IMG/VR virus record: IMGVR_UViG_3300020202_000892
Coordinates: 1,667 to 65,666 of that record
Source of the DNA: a virus
Reading direction: 5' to 3' (one strand)
Length of the DNA: 64,000 nucleotides
Shown here: piece by piece, positions 8,761-19,366 of the stretch
Layout: every line of letters begins with the position of its first letter
Numbering within the stretch: the stretch's first letter is position 1
Notes under the pieces: generated by a model
What the model saw: only the letters and a program-made list of their open reading frames with translations
Database searches by the model: none
What the model was told of the DNA's origin: nothing
Made by a program: the position numbers and the translations under genes

Positions 8761-11700
8761 GTGACCGGTCCCGGCGGTGATGAGGTTGGCAGGGTCAGCA
8801 TTCGAGTGGTGCCCGATACGTCGGGATTCCGTCAGCGACTGGAGCGCGCTCTCGAGTCTGCCGAGTCCGGCCTCGAGGTCACGATCCCGGTCGACTTCGA
8901 CGTCGACACTGCGGGCCTGCGCAGCCAGCTCGAGGCGCTGGAGCTCTCGCAGATCACCATCCCGGTCGACCTCGACCTGCAGACCGCCACCTTCCGCGCT
9001 CAGCTTGAGGCGCTGGACAACAGCCGCGTCACCATCCCGGTCGACCTCGACCTGCGCGACGAGGCGCGGATCAACGCGGTGCTCGCTCGGCTGGCCCGGC
9101 GCACCATCAACATCACCGCCCGGTTGCACGGGGTGAACCAGGCGATCGCCCGGCTCACCGCGCTGGATGCGGTCGTGCGCCGGCTCGACGGCCGCCGGAT
9201 CAACATCAACATTGATCTGGATGCCGGGGCCGCTACGGCACAGCTCGCTGCGCTCAACGCGGCGATGGCCGCCACCTCGGGCAACGCGGTGGCGATGGGT
9301 GCGGTCACCCGCAGCTCGATGGGCGGGATGACCGGCGCCATCATGACGGCCGTCGGGGCGATGTTGCTGCTGCCGCCGATCGCGGCCGCCATCGCCGTGG
9401 CCGGAGCTGGGATCACCGCGGCCTGGGGGGCGGTCTCGACCGCGATCTTGGCCCTCCCGCCCGCGCTGCTCCTGCTCATTGGCCCGATCGCCGCCGTGGC
9501 GACTGGTCTGGACGGGATCAAGGCTGCCGCGAAGACGATCAAGCCCGAGTTCGACGCGATGCAGAAGGCCGTTTCGGCGACCTTCGAGCAGCGTATGATC
9601 CCGATCTTCGAGCGGCTGACCCAGACCTTCCCGCGACTGACCAACGGGATGCGGGGGACGGCGGTCTCGCTCTCCGACATCGCGCTGCGGATGACGGAGA
9701 TGCTCACCTCGGCGGCGGGGCTCGAGCGGATCGACCTGGTCTTCGCCAACATCAACAGGACGTTGGGTGACCTGTCGCCCGGCGTCTCCGCGCTCGTCGA
9801 CTCGATCTTGATCCTGGGGTCGCAGTCGTCGATCTTCGACGTGTTGTCCGGCACGATCAACACCTTCGCCACCGCGTTTCGGCAGATGGTCATCGACGTC
9901 AGCGGCGCGGGTGGCACTCTCGATGCGGCGATGCGGGGGCTGCAGGGCACGCTGCAGGCGCTGGCGCTGGGCTTCGTCGACCTGGTGCGCAACGGCTTGG
10001 AGGTCTTCGCTGCTGCCGCGCCGGGCGTGAACGCTCTGATCACCGAGATGACCGGGTTCTTCAACCGGTTCAACTGGACCAGCCTGGGCGCGTCGGTCGG
10101 AGGCGTGTTCCAGGGACTGGCGACCGCCATTGCGGGCGTGCCGGTGGGCACCATCCGCGACATCGAAGCCGCGTTCGCCGGCCTCAGCCAGGTCTTCCAG
10201 AGCGCCGACTTCCAGGCGCAGATCCAGACCATGATCGGGGCCATCCCCGAGGCGATCACCATGATCGGCGACCTGACCAGGGTGTTCGGTCAGGTCGGCG
10301 CAGGCGTGGCCACCGCCATCGATGCCTACGGCCGAGTGCGGGACGCCCTTGGTCAGGTCGACTCTGCAGTGCGTACCGTGCTGCCCAGCTTCGATCTGTT
10401 CGGCACGATCATCCGGGCCATCCCGGGCGTGAACCTCGCTCCGTTGCTCAGCGATGTGGCCGCCAAGTACAACGAGCTCACCGGCACGGTCACGACGGGC
10501 TCCGAGCAGGCCGGGGCCGCCGCAGCCGCGGGTATGCAGGGCGTCGGTGACGACGCTTTCAACGCCGCCCAGAGCGCCATGGCCCCGGTCCCCGGCGCCG
10601 TCGAACAGGGGCTCGCCCCGGTGGGGCCCGCTGTCACGCAAGGGCTTACCCCGGCTGCTCAGGCGCTGGCCACTGCGCTGAGCCAGATGCCGCCGGTGAT
10701 CCAGGAGGGCTTCGCCGGTCTGGCTCCGGCCGCCGCAGCCGGGATGGCGGTGCTGTCCTCGGCGATCATCGACGGTGGCGCGGACATGCAGGCCGGGTTG
10801 TCCTCGACCTTCGGGATCTTGGCCACCACTGCCACCGACGGGATGACCGGCCTGAACGCGGCCGTGACCGCAGGGTTCGCCCTGATGTCGGCCGCGGTCA
10901 CCACGGGGATGGCCGGTACCACGCTCGCGATCGCCACCGGGACGGCCCAGTGGACGGTCGCGATCATGACCGGGATGACCGCCATCACCTCGGTGATCAC
11001 CGCGCAGAGTGCACAGTGGACAGTCGCGATGACCACCGCGATGACCGCGCTGGCCACGACGATCAGCACCGGCTTCCAGATGCTCGCGGTGCAGGCCACC
11101 GTCGGCATGCAGGCGGTCACCCTGGCGATCTCGGCCGAGACGGCGAACTGGGTCGTGGCCCTCATGACCGCCAACACCGCGATGTTGGCCACCGTGACCG
11201 CTGGCTTCGCGCTGCTCGGTGCGGCCGCCACCACGGGGATGGCCGCCGTGACCCTGGCCATCGCCGTCGGCACGGCGCAGTGGGCCGTCGCGGTGATGAC
11301 CGGGATGACCGCGCTGCAGCTGGTGGTGACCGCCGGATTCCTTCAGCTGGCCGTGGCGGCGACCGCGGGCATGCTGCAGGTGCAGCTCGCGATCACCGCG
11401 GGCGTGCTCGGTTGGCAGTTGGCGATCCAGCAGGGCTTCCTGCTGATGATCACGACCATGCAGCTCGGGTTCCTGCAGATGTCGGCGATCGCGACCCAGG
11501 GCATGCTGCTCTTCTCGCAGGCGATCTTGAACGGGTTCGCGCTCGTCGTACCCGCGGTGCAGCAGGGCATGCTCTTGATCGTCCTCGCGGTGCAGCAAGG
11601 CTTCCTCCAGATCGTCGCAGCGGTGACCGCCGGCATGGCCCAGGTGACGGCCGCGCTGCAGCTGAACTGGGTCGTCGCCGTGGCTGCGACCACCACCGCG

Positions 11701-12393
11701 ATGGCTCAGATGGTCGCCGTGGTGACTGCAGGCATGGCCCAGATGGTCGCGGCCAGCACTCAGGGCTGGGCCCAGATGACCGCCTCTGCAGTACAGGGCA
11801 CCCAGCAGATGGTCGCTGCGGTGACCAACGGCGCGAACCAAATGGTGGCCGCGCTGCAGTCTGCGATCTCGCGCTGCGTCGCGATCTTGAACGCCGCGGT
11901 GGGCCAGTTCCGTCAGGCCGGCGTGAACATGGGTGCTGCACTCGCTGCCGGCCTGGAGAGCCAGGTGGGCCGCGTACAGGCGGCCGCCAACCGGCTCGCC
12001 CAGGCTGCTGCAGCTGCAACTCGAGCGGCGGCAGGGATCCGCTCGCCCTCTCGGGTGTTCATCCAGCTCGGTGAGTACCTCGGCGAGGGGCTCGCAGTCG
12101 GTATGCGCAACTCCGAGACCGAGGTGGAGCGGGCCGCGCGCTCGATGCTCGACACCGTGGTCTCCGGCGTGTCAGGGATCGAGGACGTGTTCACCGGTGA
12201 CTCCTGGGCCGCCGACCTGAGCGCGCGAGCGAACGCCGAACTGGCGCAGTACGACGTCGATCCGGCCACCGCCGGTGCTGCGCAACGCGCTGTCGAGATC
12301 GTGCAGAACTTCAACGTGCCGAGCGCGGAGCGGGCCAGTGACAAGGCCGCGCACCAGATGCGCCGGCTGGAGCGGCTGGGGCTGTTCGCATGA
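8761..12393 (+). CDS. Tape measure protein (1210 aa)
   Basis: EVGRVSIRVVPDTSGF N-terminus; Ala/Gly/Thr-rich with 11/22-residue periodicity; IRSPSRVF C-terminal motif. Confidence 0.96.
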   Translation: MTGPGGDEVGRVSIRVVPDTSGFRQRLERALESAESGLEVTIPVDFDVDTAGLRSQLEALELSQITIPVDLDLQTATFRAQLEALDNSRVTIPVDLDLRDEARINAVLARLARRTINITARLHGVNQAIARLTALDAVVRRLDGRRININIDLDAGAATAQLAALNAAMAATSGNAVAMGAVTRSSMGGMTGAIMTAVGAMLLLPPIAAAIAVAGAGITAAWGAVSTAILALPPALLLLIGPIAAVATGLDGIKAAAKTIKPEFDAMQKAVSATFEQRMIPIFERLTQTFPRLTNGMRGTAVSLSDIALRMTEMLTSAAGLERIDLVFANINRTLGDLSPGVSALVDSILILGSQSSIFDVLSGTINTFATAFRQMVIDVSGAGGTLDAAMRGLQGTLQALALGFVDLVRNGLEVFAAAAPGVNALITEMTGFFNRFNWTSLGASVGGVFQGLATAIAGVPVGTIRDIEAAFAGLSQVFQSADFQAQIQTMIGAIPEAITMIGDLTRVFGQVGAGVATAIDAYGRVRDALGQVDSAVRTVLPSFDLFGTIIRAIPGVNLAPLLSDVAAKYNELTGTVTTGSEQAGAAAAAGMQGVGDDAFNAAQSAMAPVPGAVEQGLAPVGPAVTQGLTPAAQALATALSQMPPVIQEGFAGLAPAAAAGMAVLSSAIIDGGADMQAGLSSTFGILATTATDGMTGLNAAVTAGFALMSAAVTTGMAGTTLAIATGTAQWTVAIMTGMTAITSVITAQSAQWTVAMTTAMTALATTISTGFQMLAVQATVGMQAVTLAISAETANWVVALMTANTAMLATVTAGFALLGAAATTGMAAVTLAIAVGTAQWAVAVMTGMTALQLVVTAGFLQLAVAATAGMLQVQLAITAGVLGWQLAIQQGFLLMITTMQLGFLQMSAIATQGMLLFSQAILNGFALVVPAVQQGMLLIVLAVQQGFLQIVAAVTAGMAQVTAALQLNWVVAVAATTTAMAQMVAVVTAGMAQMVAASTQGWAQMTASAVQGTQQMVAAVTNGANQMVAALQSAISRCVAILNAAVGQFRQAGVNMGAALAAGLESQVGRVQAAANRLAQAAAAATRAAAGIRSPSRVFIQLGEYLGEGLAVGMRNSETEVERAARSMLDTVVSGVSGIEDVFTGDSWAADLSARANAELAQYDVDPATAGAAQRAVEIVQNFNVPSAERASDKAAHQMRRLERLGLFA

Positions 12394-13220
12394 CCGAGGC
12401 GCTCACGATCAACGGGGTGTCACTGGACACCTACGCGCTCATGCTCGGTGACATCTCTGGCCTGATGATGGTGCCGCAGCGACGCGGCGACAACGTCACG
12501 GTGCCCAACAGACACGGCCGGATCCGCACGCTGGGCAAGAAGTTCGAGGCCAACGAGCTGACGTTGCCGTTGCGGATCTGGGGCTCGAACCCGGACGGCT
12601 CGATCCCCAGCGGCAGCAACGAGCAGCTCGAGTTCTTCAAGCGCCGCGACGAGCTACTTCAGCTGCTCTATTCCGACCCGATGCTGATCAAGTACACCCG
12701 GCCGAACGGGCACACCGTGCAGACGCGCGGCGAGGTGCTCGACGTCCTGGACTTCACCAGGCGCTACACCGAGCCGACCGCGCAGGTGAACGTCGCGATC
12801 GAGATCTACGACGCGTTCTGGGAGGACGAGGACACCGTCAGCCAGAACGTCGGCGGGGTGACCGGCACCATCACCCCGCTGACCGCTTTCGTCGGCGGCA
12901 CCGCCCCGACCTCGGACCTCATCATCACGGTGTTCGGGCCCTGCAACAACCCGATGTTCGCGCTCGGGAACACCTGGGTGAAGTACAGCGGGGTGATCGC
13001 CGCCGGGCGCCAGCTCACCATCGACACCGGCGAGTGGCAGGTCGGCCCCGGCTCCGGCACAGCGTGGGTCCCTGAAATCCGCCTTGTCGAGCAGGGCCAG
13101 CCGGGCGCGTGGTTCGAGATCGACCCGGCCATCGTCCCGTTCCAGGTCACCTTCACCCACACCACGGGCGGGAGCGCCTCGGCCTCGATCGCCGGCAGAA
13201 GGAAGTACCTCAGCCCTTAG
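12390..13220 (+). CDS. Minor tail protein (distal tail, Dit-like)
   Basis: Immediately after TMP; RRGDNVTVPNRHG motif. Confidence 0.8.
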   Translation: MTEALTINGVSLDTYALMLGDISGLMMVPQRRGDNVTVPNRHGRIRTLGKKFEANELTLPLRIWGSNPDGSIPSGSNEQLEFFKRRDELLQLLYSDPMLIKYTRPNGHTVQTRGEVLDVLDFTRRYTEPTAQVNVAIEIYDAFWEDEDTVSQNVGGVTGTITPLTAFVGGTAPTSDLIITVFGPCNNPMFALGNTWVKYSGVIAAGRQLTIDTGEWQVGPGSGTAWVPEIRLVEQGQPGAWFEIDPAIVPFQVTFTHTTGGSASASIAGRRKYLSP

Positions 13221-13411
13221 TGAGGCGCGGCGTCGAGCGTGACGCGTCCGTCAGGCCGTAGCGCTCCACAGCGCAGCGGTGGCGGCGTACACGGGCACGC
13301 CTGCCATGGCCGATTGCAGCAGCTACAGCGTTGCTCCCCGAACTCGTCCTCGACGGATGTTCGCCCGCACGCTGGGCAGAAGCGCCACGTCCCCACCTCG
13401 TACGGGTCCAT
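13217..13411 (-). CDS. Small Cys-rich (zinc-finger-like) protein, antisense within the tail module
   Basis: MDPYEVGTWRFCPACG...CSCCNRPWQACPC; GGGGAG upstream; fills the intergenic gap. Confidence 0.6.
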   Translation of the reverse strand: MDPYEVGTWRFCPACGRTSVEDEFGEQRCSCCNRPWQACPCTPPPLRCGALRPDGRVTLDAAPH

Positions 13412-13450
13412 ACCCCGAGTCTCCCCGATCTCCGCTCCCCAGGAGGAACT

Positions 13451-14014
13451 GTGCACGGAACCGATGTCGCGCGTGGCGGTGAGCCGGGGCGCCCGATCGT
13501 CCACCGCATCGTCGGGCCGAAGGACGCCGCCCTGGAGCGCGCGCAGGCCGACGGGCTGCAGGTGCTCACTGGCCGCTACAGCGTCGAGAAGTACGACGCG
13601 GCCTCCGGCGACCTGTACGAGGTCATCACGCTGCCGCCGAACCTGTTCCTCACCGCGGGCATCACCAAGCTGTGGAACCTCGTCGCCGGGGTCAGCTCGA
13701 CCCACCTGGACGCGACGAACACCCGCCTCGCGGTTGGCGACTCATCCACCGCAGCAGCGGCCGGGCAGACCGACCTGCTGGGCACGAACACCTTTCGCAA
13801 GCTCGTGTCCGGTGCGCCGGTGATCAGCACCAACCAGATCACCTTCAGCTCGTCGTTCGCCACCGGTGAGGCCAACTTCGCCTGGTTGGAGGTCGGGGTC
13901 GGGGACGCAGCGTCGGGCCAACTCATCTCGCGGACCGCGATCAACTCGCCTGGCTTGGGCACCAAGGTCAACACCGCGGTGTGGGTGCTCAACTGGACGC
14001 TCAGCATTTCGTAG
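13451..14014 (+). CDS. Minor tail / virion structural protein
   Basis: AGGAGG RBS; NLFLTAGITKLW...ATGEANFAWLEVGV...TKVNTAVWVL. Confidence 0.75.
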   Translation: MHGTDVARGGEPGRPIVHRIVGPKDAALERAQADGLQVLTGRYSVEKYDAASGDLYEVITLPPNLFLTAGITKLWNLVAGVSSTHLDATNTRLAVGDSSTAAAAGQTDLLGTNTFRKLVSGAPVISTNQITFSSSFATGEANFAWLEVGVGDAASGQLISRTAINSPGLGTKVNTAVWVLNWTLSIS

Positions 14015-14056
14015 TTGATCTTCGTCATAACTCTGTATAACGAGGGGCGGTAGTCA

Positions 14057-17000
14057 GTGGCGACGTTCGGCAAGACCACGGACGGCGCCAGTATCTCCGG
14101 ATCCAGTGCGAACCGGGTCTGGGTCTCGGCGGGGACGCCTGCTGAGACAGGCACCGTGCAGACCGGCCACGTTCGGCTGCTGGTGCAGGCCGGCCTCCCC
14201 GCGGCCTTCAACACGCGATTTGTGATCTACGCGGATAGCGCTGGCTCGCCGGGCGCGCTACTGGCCCAGTCGGACGTCCTCTCCATCCCGACGAGCGCGA
14301 CCACTGAGTCCGAGCGGGTCTACACCTTCTCCGGTGGCCAGCAGATCACGGTCAACTCGGGCACGCAGTACTGGATCGGCCTCGCGTGGGACGACCCGGA
14401 CCCTGGCGGCACGCTGCAGATCCAGATCTCCCGGGACAACACGGCCACCAGCCGCTACGAGCAGACCGCCACGGCCGGTCCGACGCCGCCCAACCCCTAC
14501 GGCTCCCCGACCGCGAACAACACCGGGCCGATCGATGCCTACGTGACGTTCTCGACCGGCCCCACGGTCGTTGGCGGCAGCGACTCGGCCACCGGCAGCA
14601 GCGGCACCGCCAGCACCACGGCCACGCTCACCCCGAGCGCCGACACCGCCACCGGCGCGGAATCCGGCGCGCTCACGCTGCCCGGCAGCGACTCCGGCAC
14701 CGGTGCGGAGACCGGCTTCGTCGCCGAAGAGAAGCTCGGTGGCGACACCGGCGCGGGCGCCGAGACTTATGACAGCTCCGCTACCGTCACCTCGGGCGAG
14801 GCGGCCGGGGGACAAGAGCTGGGCAACACCTCGGCCGCCCTCGACCCGCCGACGACCGAGACCGGTGCGGGTGCCGAAGAGGGTCACATCGCGATCCCGG
14901 GCGCAGACTCGGCCGCTGGCACCGACGCGCACGCCCCGCCGACCCTGGTCACGGTCACCACCGGCGACGGTGGCACCGGCGCTGAGGGCGGCTACGTCGA
15001 GACGTTGTTCGGCGACCTGATCATCAGCCTGAAGGCGATCGACCCGGACACCGGCGAGCTGGTCGAGCTGCCGGATTACGAGGCGCTGGACTTCAGCCGC
15101 GAACGCAACTCCAAGGGCGCGATCCGGTTCCAGTACCCGATCGATGGCAAGAGCTTCGACCTGCTCCGCTCGACGATCACGGCGGATCGGGACCTGGAGT
15201 TCGAGCTGTGGACCAACGGCACGCAGGTGGGCGCGATGCGCGGCCTGCTGCAGGAGGCCTCCGGGGATGACGTCGTCGCCGACGACGATGGCGAGGACGG
15301 CAGCTGGCAGTTCGCGGGCTCGTTCCTGGAGGTCTACGCCGACGAGGCGGTGGTGTTCCCGCAGGACCGCGGGACGCTGATCACCGACCCGGACACCGGC
15401 AAGCAGACCTGGTCGAACGCCAAGCGCGAGCTGATCGTCTACGCCGACACCCCCGGCGAGTTGATGCTGCTCCTGCTCGACCAGGCCCAGGACCGCGGTG
15501 CGCTGGTCGACGTCGTCGCCGACTTCACCACCACGCACGACAGCAACGGCGTGGCCTGGGAAGGCGTGCTCACCGCCAAGTTCAGCCCGGGCTCGACCTA
15601 CGCCCAGATCCTGGACCGGCTGGTCAAGCTGCACCTGGTCGAGTGGGCCCTCGTCTGGGACTCCACGCTGCAGCAGAAGACGTTCAAGCTCTGGAACCCC
15701 GAGGGGCGCGGCGCCGACCTGACCGTCGGTCCGCGGCCGGTCGTGCTGCGCCGGGGCCGCAACCTCCTGGACGCGCCACGGAAGTGGTCGGTGCGCGACT
15801 CGGTCACCACGCTGCTCGCCGGAGGGGCGGAAGGCCTCTACGACGACGAGACCGACCCCACCGCGCTGGCCCGCCGCGACCGGCGCATCGAGTCCTACGT
15901 CTCGCTGAACAACATCACCGACGAGGAAGCCTTGCTGGGCTTCGCGCAGGCCGAACTGGCGACCGTGACGCCGGGCCTGCAGTCGGTCGAGCACGGCATC
16001 GGCATGCTCCCGGGCGAGCCGCGGCCGATCGTGGCCTTCGACATCGGCGACTGGGTCTACAGCCAGTCCGGGGTCGAGCCGGAGCGGCTGCGTGTGGTGC
16101 AGTGGACGCTGAGCGTCGACATCAACCGGTCGTTGTCCGGCACGGTCTCGCTCAACACCACCGTCCAGGACGAGATCGAGCGGTTGCGTGAGCAGCTGGA
16201 CGCGATCTCCTCCGGCGAGGTGGCAACGGGCGCCAGCGAGCCGGGAGCCGACACCGAAGACCTCACCCCGCCCGCCGCACCCGAGGGCGTGGTCGCCTCC
16301 TCGATCGCCTACCAGGATCCCGTGCAGGGTCTGGGCCAGACGCTGGCGTTCGTGACCGTCGGCTGGCAGCCGGTCACGGTCAATGCGGACGGCTCGGACT
16401 CGCCGCTGGTGCAGTGCGCCGTCTTCGTCAAGGACAAGCTCGAGGACGAGATCGCGAACCCGCCCGGCCCGGACGACCCGACGCTCGACCCGGCGACCTG
16501 GCTGTGGGAGGACTGCCCGCGGATCGTGCAGGACTTCGCCGCCCCGCTGCGCGCGCTCTGGGTCGCGGCCGGCTCACCCGCGGACCGGATCGCCTGGCTG
16601 ACCGCCTACATCGCCGAGGAGTCGCAGACCCCCACCGCGGCCGACGACGTCGCCGGCTACCGGGTGCGTTACGCCTACCTGGGCCTGTCGCAGGTCGGCG
16701 GCCTGCCCTCCAGTGATCCCTTTCCCGACGACGAGCGCTTCTACTACGAGGCCACGCCGCCGGAGGGCACCAGCTCCAACTCCTACAGCTTCGGCGGGGT
16801 CGAGGGCGGCAGTCGACTGCGGATCGAGGTCTGCGCGTTCGACCGGACCGGCAACCAGGGCCCGTGGACGACCATCGCGCACGACTCGAGCAACGACGCC
16901 ACCCCGCCGCCGGTGCCGAGCACGCCGACGATCAAGACCTGGTTCCGCACGCTCGACGTGACCTGGGACGGCCTCGGGTCCGAGGGCGAGGTCATGCCCT

Positions 17001-18778
17001 TCGACTTCTTCGCCGTGCGGGTGTGGATCGGCCAGGGCGCCGACATGACGCTGCCCACCACCGAGCCGCAGTACGCGACCCCGTTCGACCCACTGGAGAC
17101 CGGCCCGCAGTTCGTCGGCACGCTGAGCGCGTCGGGCACCTGGAACGTGCCGGATCTGCCCTACGGCGTCGGGTACTACGCCGTCTTGCAGTCGATCGAC
17201 TACGCCGGCAACCCGAGTACGCGCTCCGCCGTGGCCGGGCCGGTGACCGCAGAGCAGTTGTTCAGCGACGACCTGCGCGACTTCATCATCAATCACCCGG
17301 ACATGATCGATTCGTCGGTCATCCGAACGGCGCACATCGCCAACGCGCAGATCATCAACGCCCTGATCGCCGACGCCACGATCCAGGCGGCGAAGATCGG
17401 CACGGTCAGCGCCGGGTCGATCGTGACCGGCACGATGACCGCCACCATCACGGTGTCGGGCTCGCTGTGGACCTCGCTCGACAGCAACGCCACCCGGCTC
17501 GGCTTCTCGGCTGCCGGGCTGCAGCTGTTCAAGACCAACAGCCCGAGCGCGGGATCTACGCTGGTCGGCGAGTGGAAGACCAGCGACGGTTCGATGCTGG
17601 TCACCGGCACCTATCGCTCCGCGGTGTCGGGCGAGCGGGTCCACATCGACCCGGACGGCAGCTTCCGGCTCTACCCGACGTCGGGCACGAACTACAGCCA
17701 GATCTCCAACGTGGCCGGCGAGGCGATCTGGCGCGGCCCGCTGGACGGCAGCCAGCGCTCCGGCCGGGTGAACGTGAACACGCTCGGGGTCGGTCTGAAC
17801 TTCTCGGCTGAGGCGAACCTGCTGGAGAACATCAGGGCGGAGTTCCTGGTGCTCGACCGGCAGACCAGAATGACGGCGCCGTTCCAGAACTTCCAGGTGG
17901 ACAACCGGTTCACCTCGCCGGTCGGCGGCAACCGGCGCATCCAGTTCTCCTGGCTCGACTCCGACGGCGACTTCGTATCCAACTCCGGCCTGAGCTACGG
18001 CATCTCCAGCTCGGGCTCCTGGGGCGGCTTCTACGGCAACGACACCGGATGGGCCCTGAAGGCGATCGGGCCCGAGGGCAGCGGCGATGACGGCCGGTTC
18101 GTGGTCACCACGGGCTCGCTGGCCAACTACGGTGTCGGCCTCGCCACGTTCTGGGAGGTCCCCTCCTCCGCTGATGTGAAGGAGGACATCGAGGACGCCC
18201 GCGCGGTGCTCGATCCGATGGAGACGGTCAGGAACGCCCGCGCGCGCAAGTACCGCTACCAGTGGCGACCGCAGAACGACACCCCGAACATCGGGATCAT
18301 CGCCGAAGAGCTGCCCGAGGTACTGCAACGCAAGGTCATCGAGGACGACGGCACCGAGACCACCACGGTCGACATCGGGTCGCTCGCTGGCGTGGTGTGG
18401 GGAACGCTCAACCAGATCCTCGATCAGGAGATCGTGTCGACCAGTGCGATCGCAGTGCTCGACGCCAGCGGCTTCTTCCCGCCGAACATCTTCCCGGCCG
18501 ACGCCACCGTCGAGGTGCCGGTTACCTGGGAGTCGACGCCGCCCGCCGCCCCTACCGGTGGTTTCGTGCAGGTGCACTCGTCGTTCGTCTGGGCCAGCCG
18601 CGTCACCGCGTGGATCAAGACCGGCTCGACGACGGAGACCGGCTGCACGGTGGTGTTCAAGAACATCAGCGGCAGCGCATTCCCCACCAGCCCGTCGAAC
18701 GACAACACCCGAGTGAGCGCGACCGCGATCGGTCTCGGCCTCTACACCCCGCCCTACGTCCCGCCGGAGGAACCGTGA
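14057..18778 (+). CDS. Large multidomain minor tail protein (hub, FN3-like region, spike, S74 intramolecular chaperone)
   Basis: 1573 aa; siphovirus minor-tail core; PPAAPEG/PPPVPSTP FN3-like starts; SSADVKEDI...KYRY...IGIIAEEL S74 motif. Confidence 0.82.
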   Translation: MATFGKTTDGASISGSSANRVWVSAGTPAETGTVQTGHVRLLVQAGLPAAFNTRFVIYADSAGSPGALLAQSDVLSIPTSATTESERVYTFSGGQQITVNSGTQYWIGLAWDDPDPGGTLQIQISRDNTATSRYEQTATAGPTPPNPYGSPTANNTGPIDAYVTFSTGPTVVGGSDSATGSSGTASTTATLTPSADTATGAESGALTLPGSDSGTGAETGFVAEEKLGGDTGAGAETYDSSATVTSGEAAGGQELGNTSAALDPPTTETGAGAEEGHIAIPGADSAAGTDAHAPPTLVTVTTGDGGTGAEGGYVETLFGDLIISLKAIDPDTGELVELPDYEALDFSRERNSKGAIRFQYPIDGKSFDLLRSTITADRDLEFELWTNGTQVGAMRGLLQEASGDDVVADDDGEDGSWQFAGSFLEVYADEAVVFPQDRGTLITDPDTGKQTWSNAKRELIVYADTPGELMLLLLDQAQDRGALVDVVADFTTTHDSNGVAWEGVLTAKFSPGSTYAQILDRLVKLHLVEWALVWDSTLQQKTFKLWNPEGRGADLTVGPRPVVLRRGRNLLDAPRKWSVRDSVTTLLAGGAEGLYDDETDPTALARRDRRIESYVSLNNITDEEALLGFAQAELATVTPGLQSVEHGIGMLPGEPRPIVAFDIGDWVYSQSGVEPERLRVVQWTLSVDINRSLSGTVSLNTTVQDEIERLREQLDAISSGEVATGASEPGADTEDLTPPAAPEGVVASSIAYQDPVQGLGQTLAFVTVGWQPVTVNADGSDSPLVQCAVFVKDKLEDEIANPPGPDDPTLDPATWLWEDCPRIVQDFAAPLRALWVAAGSPADRIAWLTAYIAEESQTPTAADDVAGYRVRYAYLGLSQVGGLPSSDPFPDDERFYYEATPPEGTSSNSYSFGGVEGGSRLRIEVCAFDRTGNQGPWTTIAHDSSNDATPPPVPSTPTIKTWFRTLDVTWDGLGSEGEVMPFDFFAVRVWIGQGADMTLPTTEPQYATPFDPLETGPQFVGTLSASGTWNVPDLPYGVGYYAVLQSIDYAGNPSTRSAVAGPVTAEQLFSDDLRDFIINHPDMIDSSVIRTAHIANAQIINALIADATIQAAKIGTVSAGSIVTGTMTATITVSGSLWTSLDSNATRLGFSAAGLQLFKTNSPSAGSTLVGEWKTSDGSMLVTGTYRSAVSGERVHIDPDGSFRLYPTSGTNYSQISNVAGEAIWRGPLDGSQRSGRVNVNTLGVGLNFSAEANLLENIRAEFLVLDRQTRMTAPFQNFQVDNRFTSPVGGNRRIQFSWLDSDGDFVSNSGLSYGISSSGSWGGFYGNDTGWALKAIGPEGSGDDGRFVVTTGSLANYGVGLATFWEVPSSADVKEDIEDARAVLDPMETVRNARARKYRYQWRPQNDTPNIGIIAEELPEVLQRKVIEDDGTETTTVDIGSLAGVVWGTLNQILDQEIVSTSAIAVLDASGFFPPNIFPADATVEVPVTWESTPPAAPTGGFVQVHSSFVWASRVTAWIKTGSTTETGCTVVFKNISGSAFPTSPSNDNTRVSATAIGLGLYTPPYVPPEEP

Positions 18779-19023
18779 CCGAACAGAGCGACACCGAGCC
18801 GAAGATCGATCTGGGCGAGATCCTCGCGGAGATGGACGAACTCGGTCGCGCGAAGTTCGACGCCGCGCTGGAGCGGGTGAAGTCGCGCAAGCTCGCCGAG
18901 GTGAACCAGGCGTTGCAGGCCCGGATCCGCGAGCTGGAGGGCCAGGCACAGCTCAACGGCGTTGCCACGCGCATGGCCGCTGAACTCGCCAAGCACGATC
19001 GCCCGGCAGTCGACCGTGGCTGA
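18775..19023 (+). CDS. Hypothetical coiled-coil protein
   Basis: GTGA overlap with the tail gene; helical sequence. Confidence 0.65.
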   Translation: MTEQSDTEPKIDLGEILAEMDELGRAKFDAALERVKSRKLAEVNQALQARIRELEGQAQLNGVATRMAAELAKHDRPAVDRG

Positions 19024-19366
19024 TGACCCGTTCGTCTCCGACGAGGAGATGCCCTACCGGCACAACCCCATCCGCAACCTGCCGTGGCTGGACACCAAGA
19101 CCGAGCTCGAGGTGTTCCAGCACCGGGCCGGGCAGTCGATCCGGCTCGCCGAGTGGTGCGAGGGGGAGGTCGCCTTCACCGACCAGCTCGTGGTGCGGGT
19201 GCCGGGCACGCCGCCCTCGATCGCGCGGCTGGGCGACTTCGTGGTGACCGACGGCGAGCGGTACTGGGTGGAGCCGGCTGACGGCTTCTTCCTGCGCTAC
19301 TGGCCGACGGGCCGCGACCCGGGCTGGTCGCACCGCTGCTACATGAACTGGGAGGAGCAGTCGTGA
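19016..19366 (+). CDS. Hypothetical protein (GDFVV-type beta domain)
   Basis: Coupled overlaps; ARLGDFVVTDGERYWVEPADGFFLRY. Confidence 0.6.
   Translation: MADDPFVSDEEMPYRHNPIRNLPWLDTKTELEVFQHRAGQSIRLAEWCEGEVAFTDQLVVRVPGTPPSIARLGDFVVTDGERYWVEPADGFFLRYWPTGRDPGWSHRCYMNWEEQS

Noticed and set aside
8743-11841. 1032-aa minus-strand ORF (also 3542-5839, 14258-15994, 16574-18949, 20992-22635)
   Set aside because: Shadow ORFs antisense to clear virion genes, expected from GC-rich codon bias; no protein motifs.
14015-14041. Internal promoter TTGATC...TATAAC before the large tail gene
   Set aside because: Spacer is only 15 nt; AT-rich but not well supported.
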